Below, in pieces: positions 1 to 11,580 of a DNA stretch of 64,000 nucleotides. Position 1 is the first letter of the stretch, and the number at the start of each line of letters is the position of its first letter. A program made the position numbers and the translations under genes. The notes below the pieces were generated by a model. It did no database searches. It was given only the letters and a program-made list of their open reading frames with translations, and had not been told where the DNA came from. The stretch covers positions 19,316,150 through 19,380,149 of the forward strand of contig NC_134026.1 of assembly GCF_964204645.1 (NCBI RefSeq), given 5' to 3'. The stretch comes from Tubulanus polymorphus. Taxonomy: Eukaryota; Animalia; Nemertea.

Positions 1-423
1 CGAATATCTATAGGCCTATATTATGGGTACAAAGTCAAACTAAGGCTCCTCGATGAAATCTGATGGTGATGATAATGACATGATATACATGACTTAAGAA
101 ATATGTGAAAATATAAGGTGGTTTTGGGTTATCCATTAGTTAAAAGCTAGCAAGAGTACATTATCGACTTTCTAAGTCTTTATTTATTCGATCAAACCTC
201 AAATTTTTGACTTATTGTTAGGGCCTATATAGATATTAGGATGGTACAGAAATTATAAGTAGGGATTACTGTTGGTCATGCGAAAGTGAGCAACAGGATA
301 CAGGGTTTGAGTAAACCGGATGTGTGGGCAGTGATAAAACCAGATGTTGGCTGCATTACAAGACCCACCAGATATTTAAAAAAATATTAGAGGGACAAAG
401 AAAGTCGAGCTAGAGATCTTTTA

Positions 424-672
<249 letters not shown>

Positions 673-1250
673 TTAACCTGAGAGATACAAGAAAAATTGG
701 CAAAATATCAACATAGCCTACCAGCATTTTCAATAAGAGCCAGGTCCCAGGTCCATCTGTCGTTTCTAAAGGACCCGCCTGTTTTCCAAACCAGCTTTCC
801 TTTCAGGGACTGTGACATATTATGGGACCCTCCTGTTTTTTAAAGGGACCTGGCTTGTTAATTTCTTATTGAAAACACTGCATACATGTACGACGAAACC
901 TTTTGAATTATTTTATTTTGATCAAAGGATATCATTCATCATGGTCTATCTTTTCTATACAAAATTCATAGGCCTATTAAGGTTAAAGGTAGAGCTGATA
1001 TTTATCGCTGCCACAGCTTTTTCCAGTTAACGCTATTTTGCCGACATCTCATTCTGATTGGCTTATAAACACTGAGAAGCGCAACTTTAAACAAGTTAAG
1101 GAAAATTTCAAAGTTAGAGATAGGGAAAATAGCACGAACAGGGCTCAGTTTCACGAAAAATTTCATAAGCCTTAAACCGGTTAAGTTTGAATTGTTGTCA
1201 AATATTTGAGTTTTTGTGAAGCTGGATCCAGGACAGTATTTAAACAAGGG

Positions 1251-1756
1251 ACTAATGTCTATTTCAACCTGACTTGAGAGCATTCCGGGTGGCCTAGCTC
1301 ACTAATGTTTGGTAGTACAAACCTGATAAAGGTCTTAGTAGGACCAGAAAGGACAGGTAGTCGACCTTAAACATCGTTTTTTAATCCACTTTAAACTGTA
1401 TTGAAGGATATCCAAAAAGTCTATATTGAAAGGGGTTCATGAGAGAAAAGAGACTCCATGATTTGAAAATAAACAATATGTCTCGATGCCTACCAACTGA
1501 AGTTTGGTATGTAGGCATGGAAACATATTGTTAAACTTTCAAATCATGGAGTCACTTCTCTTCATTTAACCCCTTTCAGTGAAGACTTTTTGGATATCAT
1601 TCAATACAGTTTCAAATGGATTGAAAAATGATGTTTAGGTCTACTGCCTGTCCTTTCTGGTCCTACTACTAAGACCTTTATCAGGTATGTACTACCAAAA
1701 ATGAGCGAGCTAGGCCACTTGAAATGCTCTCAAGTCAGGTTGAAATAGACATTAGT
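1251..1756. mobile_element. Fold-back (long palindromic) MITE-like element
   Basis: ~245-bp inverted arms (ACTAATGTCTATTTCAACCTGACTTGAGAGCATT... / ...AATGCTCTCAAGTCAGGTTGAAATAGACATTAGT) with a very short spacer near 1495-1510. Confidence 0.8.
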
Positions 1757-1840
1757 GCAGCTGCAGGGTCTTCCAATGGCAGGCACCTATGGCTTAAACA
1801 TGTGTTGACATAAATCAACATTAAACCAGGAATATGTCAA

Positions 1841-2026
1841 ATGGTGGCTGATTCGGGCCATACTAATAAACCAAAATGATTTGTTTTCTCGCGCAAGAAA
1901 ACCAAAAAATTTGAATTCTCACGCGAGAAAACAAAAAAAAGGGGGCGAATGGTGAAAAACGTTTTATCGTTGCTCTTAGTCTAGCCGTACAGAAAAATCT
2001 TTACTACGGCCCAAATCAGCCACCAT
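1841..2026. mobile_element. MITE with ~25-bp TIRs
   Basis: ATGGTGGCTGATTCGGGCCATA ... TACGGCCCAAATCAGCCACCAT; TSD ambiguous. Confidence 0.7.
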
Positions 2027-2095
2027 ACGAACAAAATCAAAATGTTGAAGATTTCATTCAATATGCTCTAATCAGATGTCGGCCTGGCGATGATC

Positions 2096-2300
2096 GGTAA
2101 GATTCAAGAATAGGGGACTAGTGGTTAGGATTAGGGTTAGGATTAGGGTTAGGGTTAGGTTTAGTTCCCTAATCATCATTAATTACTATATATACATTAC
2201 TATCATTATATATCATCATTATCAATTACTAATATTATTACTTAATTGATTACTATCACTACATATATATTGCTATAGTCCCCTATTCTTGAATCGCACC
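2096..2300. mobile_element. MITE with 8-bp TSD and GG-starting TIRs (Merlin-like termini) carrying TTAGGG repeats
   Basis: TSD CGATGATC at 2088-2095 and 2301-2308. TIRs GGTAAGATTCAAGAATAGGGGACTA / TAGTCCCCTATTCTTGAATCGCACC. Internal (TTAGGG/TTAGGA)n at ~2123-2165. Confidence 0.85.
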
Positions 2301-3449
2301 CGATGATCTATAGATTACAGTTTGGCCTAACAACACTGAAAAGTTCAGTTTATTTTGGTAAATAGTTCGACCTTCGTAGTAGACGATTGAAACTGTATTT
2401 TCGCACGCATCTATGAACTAAAACAATTGATAAACAGATAAATCACTGTTCAACCTTCCTCTGGTCAATTTTATTAACTTACACAAGATTTTCCACCGTG
2501 TTTAGAATATTAATTGCCGAATATGAAATATTTTGATCATTTGGAAAAGTTACACTTCCGCACATATTGAGCTAATTACCGTCAGAAACTGTCAATAGTT
2601 TTATGCTGCGGGAAAGTCCAATTAACATTTGCGGTCGGATCACAGAACGATGTAATAACCCCCAACGACTGGTTGAGGTAAAATCCTCGAAATATTTAAC
2701 CTTAATATTTTTTGCATTGTGTAACATTCTTAATCCCTGTAGCACAGCTTTTTGGATATATAGAGGTACCACAGCGAAACAAAAATGCCCATGCACAATT
2801 CTTGATAGACCATAGTAGTTTCTTAAGAATATAGAGCAATTTTAGGTAGTGGCCACCTTTTTGATATACTGTTCATTGGTGCCAAACTAGTTCATCAAGC
2901 TTGTGTGGAACATCGAGTTCCAAGGCGGCATGACTGCAAATTTTGATACAAGAACCTCAATATAAAATTTGAGCCAATGGGAAGAATCTAGTATATATAT
3001 CTCACACAGCCTTTTTAATGCTCCAAAGCTCAGTCAAGAGGATGTCCCCAAAACCAATCACTGTTACAGGATCCCCTGGGGAACACCGGCTAGGTACTAG
3101 GATATTAAGATATCCGTGCAAGATGAATAAGATACGAGAGAAATCCCACGACAGTAATTTCAGCCAATATTCCCGAGTAAAAGGTTATATATTTGAGCAA
3201 CCTTTTGACTATTGACTAATAGGCATAATCAGGCCTACTTTCACACAAGGACATATAACATCGTTGGCCCATTATTGTACAGTAGGATTTCTCTCGAATC
3301 CAGAGCTGATTCTTAAAGCTCAAAAACTCAATCCAAAAACGTACATGTATCCTCAAGATTACTAACATATTTATTTATAAATGCATTTTATCAACACATA
3401 ATGTACTATTTACATCTCATGATAATCATGTCAATTTCAGAATTGGAAT

Positions 3450-5661
3450 TCAAGACACTGGCATAGGCAAACTTTTCATCTCTTCATTCACCTCGTCGAA
3501 CAAATCCTGGTATTCCGCATTTGGTTTTATGAGCAGCATACAAGTCGGTCGCTTCGATCCACTCGCCGCGCCCAGTGCCTGCAATGAATAAACATAAACG
3601 ACCGGGATAACAGAAGTCCGGATTTATAAGCAGGTTTGATTGTAGCGGCTATTAGCAAGATTCACATCGCAACAACCAGCAATTGTCTTTATCATTCTTT
3701 TATTGCGTATGCATTAAATCTAAATTTTTCATCACGCCCTCTTATAATATTGTATGCTAGCCCGTTCCTTCAATCCATAACGGAAAGCAACTGAGATACC
3801 GACCACAGCACCATCCCCGACCCTCAGCTTTAAAACCGCTGGACTGCCTTGGAATCAACCCTTGCATATTAGCCCCAGCAGGGGAAGTTTCATGGCAGTA
3901 TGGATCTCATCATCGAGGAAGGTACCAGTATGGGCCGGAATAACACTTACTTCTCTTGACGGGGTGAAACAATATGAAATGCTGGCTTCTTCACAAACCA
4001 CCGGCATATGACTGATCACATCAATTGGATTTGTATCTCCCGCCATCACAACAATACTAAAAAGAAACAAAAACTCACTAAGCGTCAAGATAAGTGTGAA
4101 ATGTGAGAATTGACAAAATGCAAAAAAAATACTCAGAAAATTTGGATTGCTTGAGTAGGGGAAGTTCTGTATAACTTGAATATTTTACTCTTGTGCAGAT
4201 TGGCTCGAACAAGACCAGACAAGAAAGACAGAGAGATTTGATCTGTACGATCTAATTTCTCTTCACTTTCGATTGATACTAACCCTTTTTCGCCTTTTCT
4301 AATCTGCTTCTGAACATCCTTTACTCCCTTTCTCAATAGGTGCTTGCTACTGGTCTGCGCTGCAATGATATAAGAGACATTACTTTGAATTATTTTTATC
4401 CCTCAGTGGAACAAGCGCCATTCGAGTCTTATGAACTGAAATTGTTAATTTTTTCCATATTGGTAAAGACCGTCCTGAAGGCAGACTCTATCTTTAAGAT
4501 AAAAGTACCGGTACTAAAAGTTGAAAGCTTTTTTAAGCTAGAAACTGAGTTAAGAGGAACCATTTAAATTGATTATAGGTTTCACCCTTGTGATTTTATG
4601 TAGTAAAGCGCCGCAACCGTCTGATAATGATCATTACCAGCCAATTGTCTATCGGAACTTAATAGCGGATAAATAAACAATATAAACACAAGGTATATCT
4701 CCCCCTGTGATACTTTGAATTTATTTGTGGTTCATATTTAGCGCCATTCTCGCAAGATTATCAGCAACCCGGAAGTAAAATCCAAGTTCATACACAACCC
4801 CTGTGGTTTTTTATTAGTTCAGAATAAAATATCAAAAAATAGGGTGCTTTTAAGTGTACATTGAGATATATAAACATCACACATTTAGAATGATACTGAT
4901 CCTTTGCAGCCAAATTGTATTGGAATTTAATAGCAGATAAACAAACAAATACAAGGTATTTCTTTTGAATTCATTTCGTTTATAAATATTTAGCGCCATT
5001 CTCGCGAGATTTATCTACTACGCGGAAGTAAAATCCAAGCCCAGGCAACTAAAACCCTGTGCAAAAGGCCTTCGTTTCTCTAGAAATGACTTTCAACATT
5101 TACATTGATTACGCTACGATCCCTCGATCATCTCGGTAATAAGAAGGAGGACCACGATAACACTAATTCTACGATTTTAATAACTGAAATAGGATAAGCC
5201 AAAGTACTACAGTGAAAGGATGTGAGGTAAAAGTGCAGATCCGCACCTCTCGTGATTGACGCAATCTGCTGAATGACAGAATCCAGGCTAAAATCTTTCT
5301 ACTCCTTTTAGTGAAGATATGTTAAAATTAGCCAATGGCGATGTACTGAATTGCTGATGACATTTTGAATCTGAAACAATGATATTTCATGTAATTGATT
5401 GAACCGTTTACACGGAGAGGTGCAGATCTGCACTTTTACCGGATGTGATTATGATTCCTGTGAAACATAAATGTAAGACAAATGAAAAAGATTACCCTTT
5501 TTAGTCAATTTGTAAAGCTTTTTGGTTAGTTTCCGGGAGGCGAGCGGATTGCTTATGACGCTCACAAACTTCAGTAATTCATCGTAACTAGGACCTGTCT
5601 GCTCTTCTCCATCACCGGCACCTTCGGATTTTCTCTTCTCTTTCTTCTCCTTTTTACCCAT
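3450..5661 (-). CDS. NHP2: H/ACA ribonucleoprotein complex subunit 2 (L7Ae family), 4 exons
   Basis: Exons 5661-5496, 4359-4284, 4056-3951, 3578-3450, all with GT-AG boundaries and consistent phase. Protein [91 protein letters not shown]..PVS*. Confidence 0.95.
3765..3920 (-). ncRNA. Candidate intronic box C/D (K-turn) structured RNA in NHP2 intron 3
   Basis: On the - strand: UUCCU-CG-AUGAUGA (box C, 3913-3907) ... UUGA-AGGAA gives a perfect 5-bp terminal stem. Inner stem GAUCCAUA/UAUGGAUU plus two internal hairpins; internal CUGA at 3827-3824. No target identified. Confidence 0.5.
5226..5440. mobile_element. MITE with 8-bp TSD and GGTAA termini (Merlin-like) in NHP2 intron 1
   Basis: TSD GGATGTGA at 5218-5225 and 5441-5448. 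TIRs GGTAAAAGTGCAGATCCGCACCTCTCGTG / CACGGAGAGGTGCAGATCTGCACTTTTACC. Confidence 0.85.
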
Positions 5662-5854
5662 GATTCGAGGACAGCGGCGGTCAGGGAATGACACTAAAAA
5701 AACAACGAGGCAACCAAAACAACACGCAGCACACGTGCCAATAAAATTCACGAACGCGGAAGTACTAAACGATCCGCGTATTTCCCTAATTCGCGGTATC
5801 GACACGGCATCGGAGTCGGACTCAACACATTGGAAATCCGGGCGCGGACCCGGC

Positions 5855-6010
5855 ACAGGGGCTCGTATGTAGATTAATCGGAAAACGATTATCTATCCAT
5901 CCAGGGTCTATAATATATTTAGATAACATTTTATATACATTAGACCTGGATTACCAGATCATCGTTTTACATTAATGTATATACATTGGACACTGGATTA
6001 ACAGATAAAA
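5855..6010. mobile_element. Partial copy of the CAGGGGCTCGTA (hAT-like terminus) MITE family
   Basis: Shares its terminus and internal palindrome with copies at 40884-42286 and 60486-60758. Confidence 0.6.
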
Positions 6011-7901
6011 TATCTCCATCCAGAAAAACGGATCCGTTTTTCTGGATGGAGCCCGGCCCTGGCTAGTTAGTTACCTAATCGTTGGTGGTAAGCTTTTTAT
6101 AATCGGATAGGCTTATACCAACCGGATGTGGTTTGTGAGAATATCCGATCGTGAAACTAAACCACAGTTAGGTTACTCACTAGGCCCTGGCCCGCGCGCG
6201 CCATGAATCGAGCATCTGCGCGGCGCCATGCCAAGACGGAGTTTAACACGCTTCTCGAACCACTCTAGTTCGTTGACTTATCGTTGTGGTGAGTTTTTCG
6301 GATTGGCTTATGGGCCGTGGTTCAGCGTGAAAATCGAAAGGAGGGGAAACGAAACTGTGAGACAGATTACTGACTGGCTGGCCTCTGTATTCAGACTATC
6401 TACTGACATAGAACCACAACGGTCACAAACTATAGCGGTAGCCTTTAAATGCCTTTATTTCTTTCTGCAGGAAAGATACAACTGCGTCTTCCCCCAGCCC
6501 ACCACATGCCCCCCGCCGAACATCGGTGCCGAATTGCAAAAACTGTCCCGAGATTTCAAATCCAGGTGTCAATTTCTATTTTTCGATTTAAAAAAGTTGT
6601 TCTATTTATGTACGTCTTTGTTTTCAATAATTCGTAACAAAAGTATTTTTTTCATTTCTCCCATCACTTGAATCGAATTCATCACAATTGTCACTCCAAT
6701 TTGATTTTTTTTCTGCAGTCCTTATGAGGTTTTATATGGAAAAACCCTAATAATAAAAGCATTTTCATTTTTTTTATTTTTCAGTTCCCTTCACTTTCAA
6801 AGCGTCTATAATGATAAAAAATTTAATTTTCACCATTCACCTTCCAACTTTTTGTTTAAAGAACATTCACCTTCCAACTTTTTGTTTAAAGAAAAGTACT
6901 CCAAGTAATTAAAAAAGGCTTTAAGTTGAATGAAATGGCATTGTATTGGTTCAGGTGGTCCCGAATATTAAAAACAGACAGAAAGAAACAAAAGACAGGA
7001 ATATCTTTCTTTATTGGAACATTGCAGTGACGAAAAACGTTATTCGATAGTGGCTAGTGAAACGTGGACCTATATCTATTTTTGGAGTGTGGAAAAGCCT
7101 TAAAACCACTCTATGTTTGAGCCCGAAGTAAATGCTGGTTACGGCGAAGGTGCGAAGAAGAAAATGAACCGAGCACTGGAGATAACTGCTTCGAGAGAAA
7201 TTTAGATAACGGGGAAAGGAGAATTACAGTTGGAGACTAAAGGGCGCAGTGGAACTTTATGAATTTTAGGCAGTTCATGAATATATATAGGGTAAAGAGG
7301 GAAGACGTGAATGGAACTTATTCAAAGTTTCTTTAGATAAGGGGAAACGTTTAATTATATTCGAAAGACTTCCATTAAAAAATATCTTGCATACGAGGAA
7401 GAGGATTCGATTTAAGTTTATAAACACCAGGATTGTCCAACAGAGATTGCATTTTAACATTATAATCGTCCAGATCGAAAATCACAATTTTTTCACCTTT
7501 ATCAGCCTCAGATATTTTGATAATTTTTAACTTTCGCATTCGAGGGCTAGGCGAAATCGACGAGGTAGATATTCAAAGGGGTTCCTGTTGAGTTGATCGC
7601 AAATAGCCTGTTGATACAAGAATACAAGGTTATAGTCCAGACTGTTCGGAGATGATGTACGATATTCCAATTGGGTGACAAAGTCTAAAACGTGTTTATC
7701 TTAATGGGGGATGAGAAAAATTCAAAATTCAAACCGTAGCCGAGAAGTTGACATTGAGTGAAAGAACGTGGTTGAGGACAAATTGACCTGCCGGGGGAGG
7801 ATGGTTAAAATGCGCTGGGAGAGTCATCCGTACACCAGCCGAAAACTGTGCTGCGCACTTTGCGTCCACATTATTCGGCTCGTGTGCGGGGCCTTAAACT
7901 A

Positions 7902-8017
7902 CAGGACCCAGTTCCACAGTTGTGAGTTTTAGAGTTAGCTCTGAGTTAAAGTTAGTTCATTTTCAATGAGTTAACTCAGGGTCACATCTTAACTCAGAAC
8001 TGTGTAACTGTACCCTG
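7902..8017. mobile_element. Small palindromic MITE (related copy at ~54091-54205)
   Basis: CAGGACCCAGTTCCACAGTT ... AACTGTGTAACTGTACCCTG; a similar element lies in a BRE1 intron. Confidence 0.6.
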
Positions 8018-8700
8018 TACTATACAAATGGTCGCCTTAATGTCAATTTCAAGTTTTACAATTTCACATTGAAACAAAAGGAACAAAACAATACTAACGC
8101 AGCAATGAGCAGGCCAAATGTTCCACCGAAATCAGAAATTTAGTACATTGTAATGTAATGTGATAATGAAACATTGTCGTCTAAAAACATCTGACATTCT
8201 CTTAACAGGCTTTTGGATTATAAAATCGCTCGATTTACTGTGCCATGGGCCGTAACTCTTTTGACTGTCACTCAACATCATCATGATGCATCAACAGATT
8301 CCGATGAAATCCCAAACAACCATAATTTTGAATACTGATATCTTACTTCTCACTTACTAACAACAGAAAATGAGTACCGGTATTCATTTTTCTGAGACAA
8401 CTGATATATAGAATATATCCTGATATATGGAAGGTATCATTTTGAGCAATTTAAGGGAGCTGATCCATAAGACGAGCGCTCAGGACACGGCCTTAAACGT
8501 CGATTATGAAACTACTTTTGAAATTTTGCTACCGAGGAAACGTGGCAAAATATCTTCAGTAATGATTGGCAATCGATAAAACAGAAATTGTGCTTGAGTG
8601 TGCATAGCTGTTTCTGGAAAAGTGAAAAGTGGCGGAATAAAAAAATGTCGGTAAACACGGTGTATTTGAATTATCACGCTAAAGATGTATATAAGAAATC

Positions 8701-9493
8701 TACGGAAGCGATAAAGGGCCTCGAGATGTCGCGTTGAAACTCGACAAGTCGCCATATTTATGTCGATATATCGCGATATATCGCGTCCAGTCGACATGAA
8801 TATGTCGACATATCGTGACGTTTTCACGACAAATTTCGCTTTTTCGCCCATTTTCCACGGGACAAGCCATCATTTGAAGACATGTCTAAATGTAAGATGA
8901 GGACACCAGTGATATGACGACTGAGTTTCAAGTCGTCATGAATATATCTACATATCTACGGAAGGGACGTTTTCACGACAAATTTCGCTTTTTTGCTCAT
9001 TTTCCACGGGGCAAGCCGTCATTTGAAGACATGTCTAAATGTAAGATGAGGACGCCAGTAATATGACGACTGAGTTTCAAGTCGTCATGAATATGTCGAC
9101 TTGTCGCGAGGAAAATGGTCGAGAAAACGAAATATGTCGTCAAAACGTCACGATATATCGACATATTCATGTCGACTTGACGCGATATATCGCGGTATGT
9201 CGACATAAATATGGCGACTTGTCGAGTTGGAACGCGACATCTCGAGGCCCCTTATCGCTTACTTGAAACTCAGTCGTCATATTACTGGCGTCCTCATCTT
9301 ACATTTAGACATGTCTTCAAATGACGGCTTGTCCCGTGGAAAATGGGCAAAAAAGCGAAATTTGTCGTGAAAACGTCACGATATGTCGACATATTCATGT
9401 CGACTTGACGCGATATATCGCGATATATCGACATAAATATGGCGACTTGCCGAGTTTGAACGCGACATCTCGAGGCCCTTTATCGCTTCCGTA
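8701..9493. mobile_element. Non-autonomous DNA transposon with long TIRs and internal duplicated/inverted blocks
   Basis: TACGGAAGCGATAAAGGGCCTCGAGATGTCGCG at 8701 and its reverse complement ending at 9493. ~230-bp arms; internal partial re-duplications at ~8957-9095 and ~9130-9260. Confidence 0.85.
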
Positions 9494-10556
9494 CTGTAGA
9501 AACTAAGAAATAGTTTATATAAAACATTATATATAAATATAATTTACATAAATATAAATATTTAATAAGCTTTTGTTTTCTGTAATTCTTAATGATCAAA
9601 TGCATAATTTTAATATAACTATAATCCAGTTTGAATGAGAGGATACCTACATAATGTAATCATTCAGAGCAAAGTGGTTTTCCATTAGTCCTCAGAAACA
9701 GTTTTGAATTTTCCAGATTTTTTAGATTGTGACAAATGTTATTCCAAAGTTAAGACAAAAGTCAGTGCCCTTTTTGGACTCGTGCCACGTGTATCAATGG
9801 TGCCCTTTTAAGATGTTACAAGCCCTTCTAAATGAGCTTTTGCATCCACCCCTGCAATATAAGATCTTTTGTTTGCAATATTGGTTAGTATGAATATCAC
9901 GCCAATCGTTGATACGGGTCCCCCCACAACCGTGCTATAGGTACTCAACTCAGACTTAAAAGTGCCGGCCGTGTTCCTCTCCCCCGACGTCGGTGTAAAT
10001 ATTAACTTTTAGCCCAGGCACTAAGTTTCAAAAACACTCGAGAAATATAATTTCGCTTACCTCAAAGTCCAAATTTTCAATGAAGAAAGATAACATTCTG
10101 AATTTAATTTTGGCGGATTTTTAAACCCTGGTAACATGGGCCGGGCCAAGATATTGCGTTAACGTGCTTATAAAATACATGCTATTAGGATGGTTCTTTA
10201 AAATATCTATCATTCAAAAAATATTGCGGATAAACGGAAAATATTTTGACCTACCTATACATTATTGGGTATGGCCTTTCCGATTAATAAAGCAACAATG
10301 AAAAATTACAACAATGCTATCCAGCCAAAATTTTACTTTTTATTCAATATAATTGCATTGGTTGAACATTAATGAGCATATCACTTTTTCATTGTTGTCG
10401 CTTTCATGGTTTTTTCACCGTTCGTTTCTTTCATTAATACGAAAAAGTGATCTTCATGATCACGATAGGTAAAACACAATATCCGTGTTGACGCGATGAG
10501 GAGAGAATCCCACAATGATAATAAAAAGTCCGAAAATGAAACTTTGAGATAGTAGT

Positions 10557-10602
10557 TTATTCAACGTTTCGACTATATCCTAATAGTCATCTTCAGGAAT
10601 AA
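10557..10602 (-). ncRNA. Minimal type I hammerhead ribozyme (3' pLTR copy)
   Basis: UUAUUC-CUGAAGA-UGACUAU-UAGGAU-AUAGUC-GAAAC-GUU-GAAUAA: stem I UUAUUC/GAAUAA, CUGANGA core, stem II GACUAU/AUAGUC, GAAA, palindromic ACGU stem III, GUU cleavage triplet. Confidence 0.85.
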
Positions 10603-10911
10603 TGAGATACTACAGAAATTATGAGATATATATACAATCCAGAGACAAAGAGACTAATTCAAGTAATCAGAGATGATACAAACTAAAGGAAAATTAACGT
10701 AGAAACAGTTACACGCTAAAATAGATTAAAGGGAAGCAAACTAAGGGGTGATTATAAACAACAGTAGTGAGTATAAATATAAATGAAACTTAAAGTCAGT
10801 AGTAAAAAGAAAGACAAACTAAGGGGCACTTAAATTAAAACAAAGGTGAATACAAGTTAAGTCAGAGACGAAATTGATGAGAGAACAAATAACAAATAAT
10901 CAAAGGGGAAA

Positions 10912-11580
10912 TCAAGTGTTGAGTTTAACCAGTTTACAGAGGAATTTTGATATAAGTTTATTATGGGGTGAAAAACCATTATTAAGGTTTACAACGTTGT
11001 TCGAATTTTCAATAATTAATGCAGATTCCAAAATATGTCTTCTAGTTTTATCGCTGCAAGGGTAAACTAATTCAGCATTAGCAAAATCAAAATTGTGTGA
11101 AGTCTGAAAAACATGACTAGCAACTCCGCTTTCAGGTTTAAAGTTTTTTACATCTAATTTATGCTCTTTTATGCGTTGATTAAGATTCCGACCTGTTTCT
11201 CCTATATATACTTTGTCGCAAACTTTACAAGGTATTTTATAAATTCCACAGTTTAGGGATTCGGTTTTCGGTTTGTTGTTAATCAATATGTTACTAAGTT
11301 TATTATTGTATTTAAAGATGAGTTGTTTATTTAGTGACCGAAGAGAAACTTTAGAATTCTCGAGGAAAGGTACATACGGTACAATGATAGGCTGTTTATC
11401 GGTAGCCAACGTAGGAGTTCTAAGGTTGTTATTTCTAAAATGCGTAGTACGAGCTTTAAGTAGAGCTTTTTTCAATAGGAAATCGGGGTAGGCAAGTTTT
11501 TTGAGAGATTGGTTAATATGGTGAATTTCATCTGAATTTCTGGATTGTATATATATCTCATAATTTCTGTAGTATCTCAT
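10912..11580 (-). CDS. Penelope-type GIY-YIG endonuclease ORF (C-terminal part of PLE pol; chimeric start)
   Basis: GIYKIPCKVCDKVYIGETGRNLNQRIKEH..SGVASHV..HNFDF..LESALI..N carries the PLE GIY-YIG CxxC/H signature. No RT catalytic domain. The first 14 codons come from the inverted pLTR. Confidence 0.8.
   Translation of the reverse strand: MRYYRNYEIYIQSRNSDEIHHINQSLKKLAYPDFLLKKALLKARTTHFRNNNLRTPTLATDKQPIIVPYVPFLENSKVSLRSLNKQLIFKYNNKLSNILINNKPKTESLNCGIYKIPCKVCDKVYIGETGRNLNQRIKEHKLDVKNFKPESGVASHVFQTSHNFDFANAELVYPCSDKTRRHILESALIIENSNNVVNLNNGFSPHNKLISKFLCKLVKLNT

Noticed and set aside
3680-3940. Telomerase RNA hypothesis for the branched H/ACA-like fold
   Set aside because: No CUAACCCU template, no room for a pseudoknot, and no P6.1-like short hairpin.
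4133-4266. Possible C/D snoRNA in NHP2 intron 2 (GUGAAGA ... CUGA on the - strand)
   Set aside because: Imperfect box C, no terminal stem, and only short chance-level rRNA complementarity.
6834-6892. 30-bp perfect tandem duplication (similar short direct repeats at ~22097/22164, ~50100-50235, 55481/55661)
   Set aside because: Ordinary slippage or repair duplications with no further structure.
8504-9506. Several 60-115 aa ORFs (MSTYRDISR-type)
   Set aside because: By-products of the palindromic repeat; no recognisable domain.
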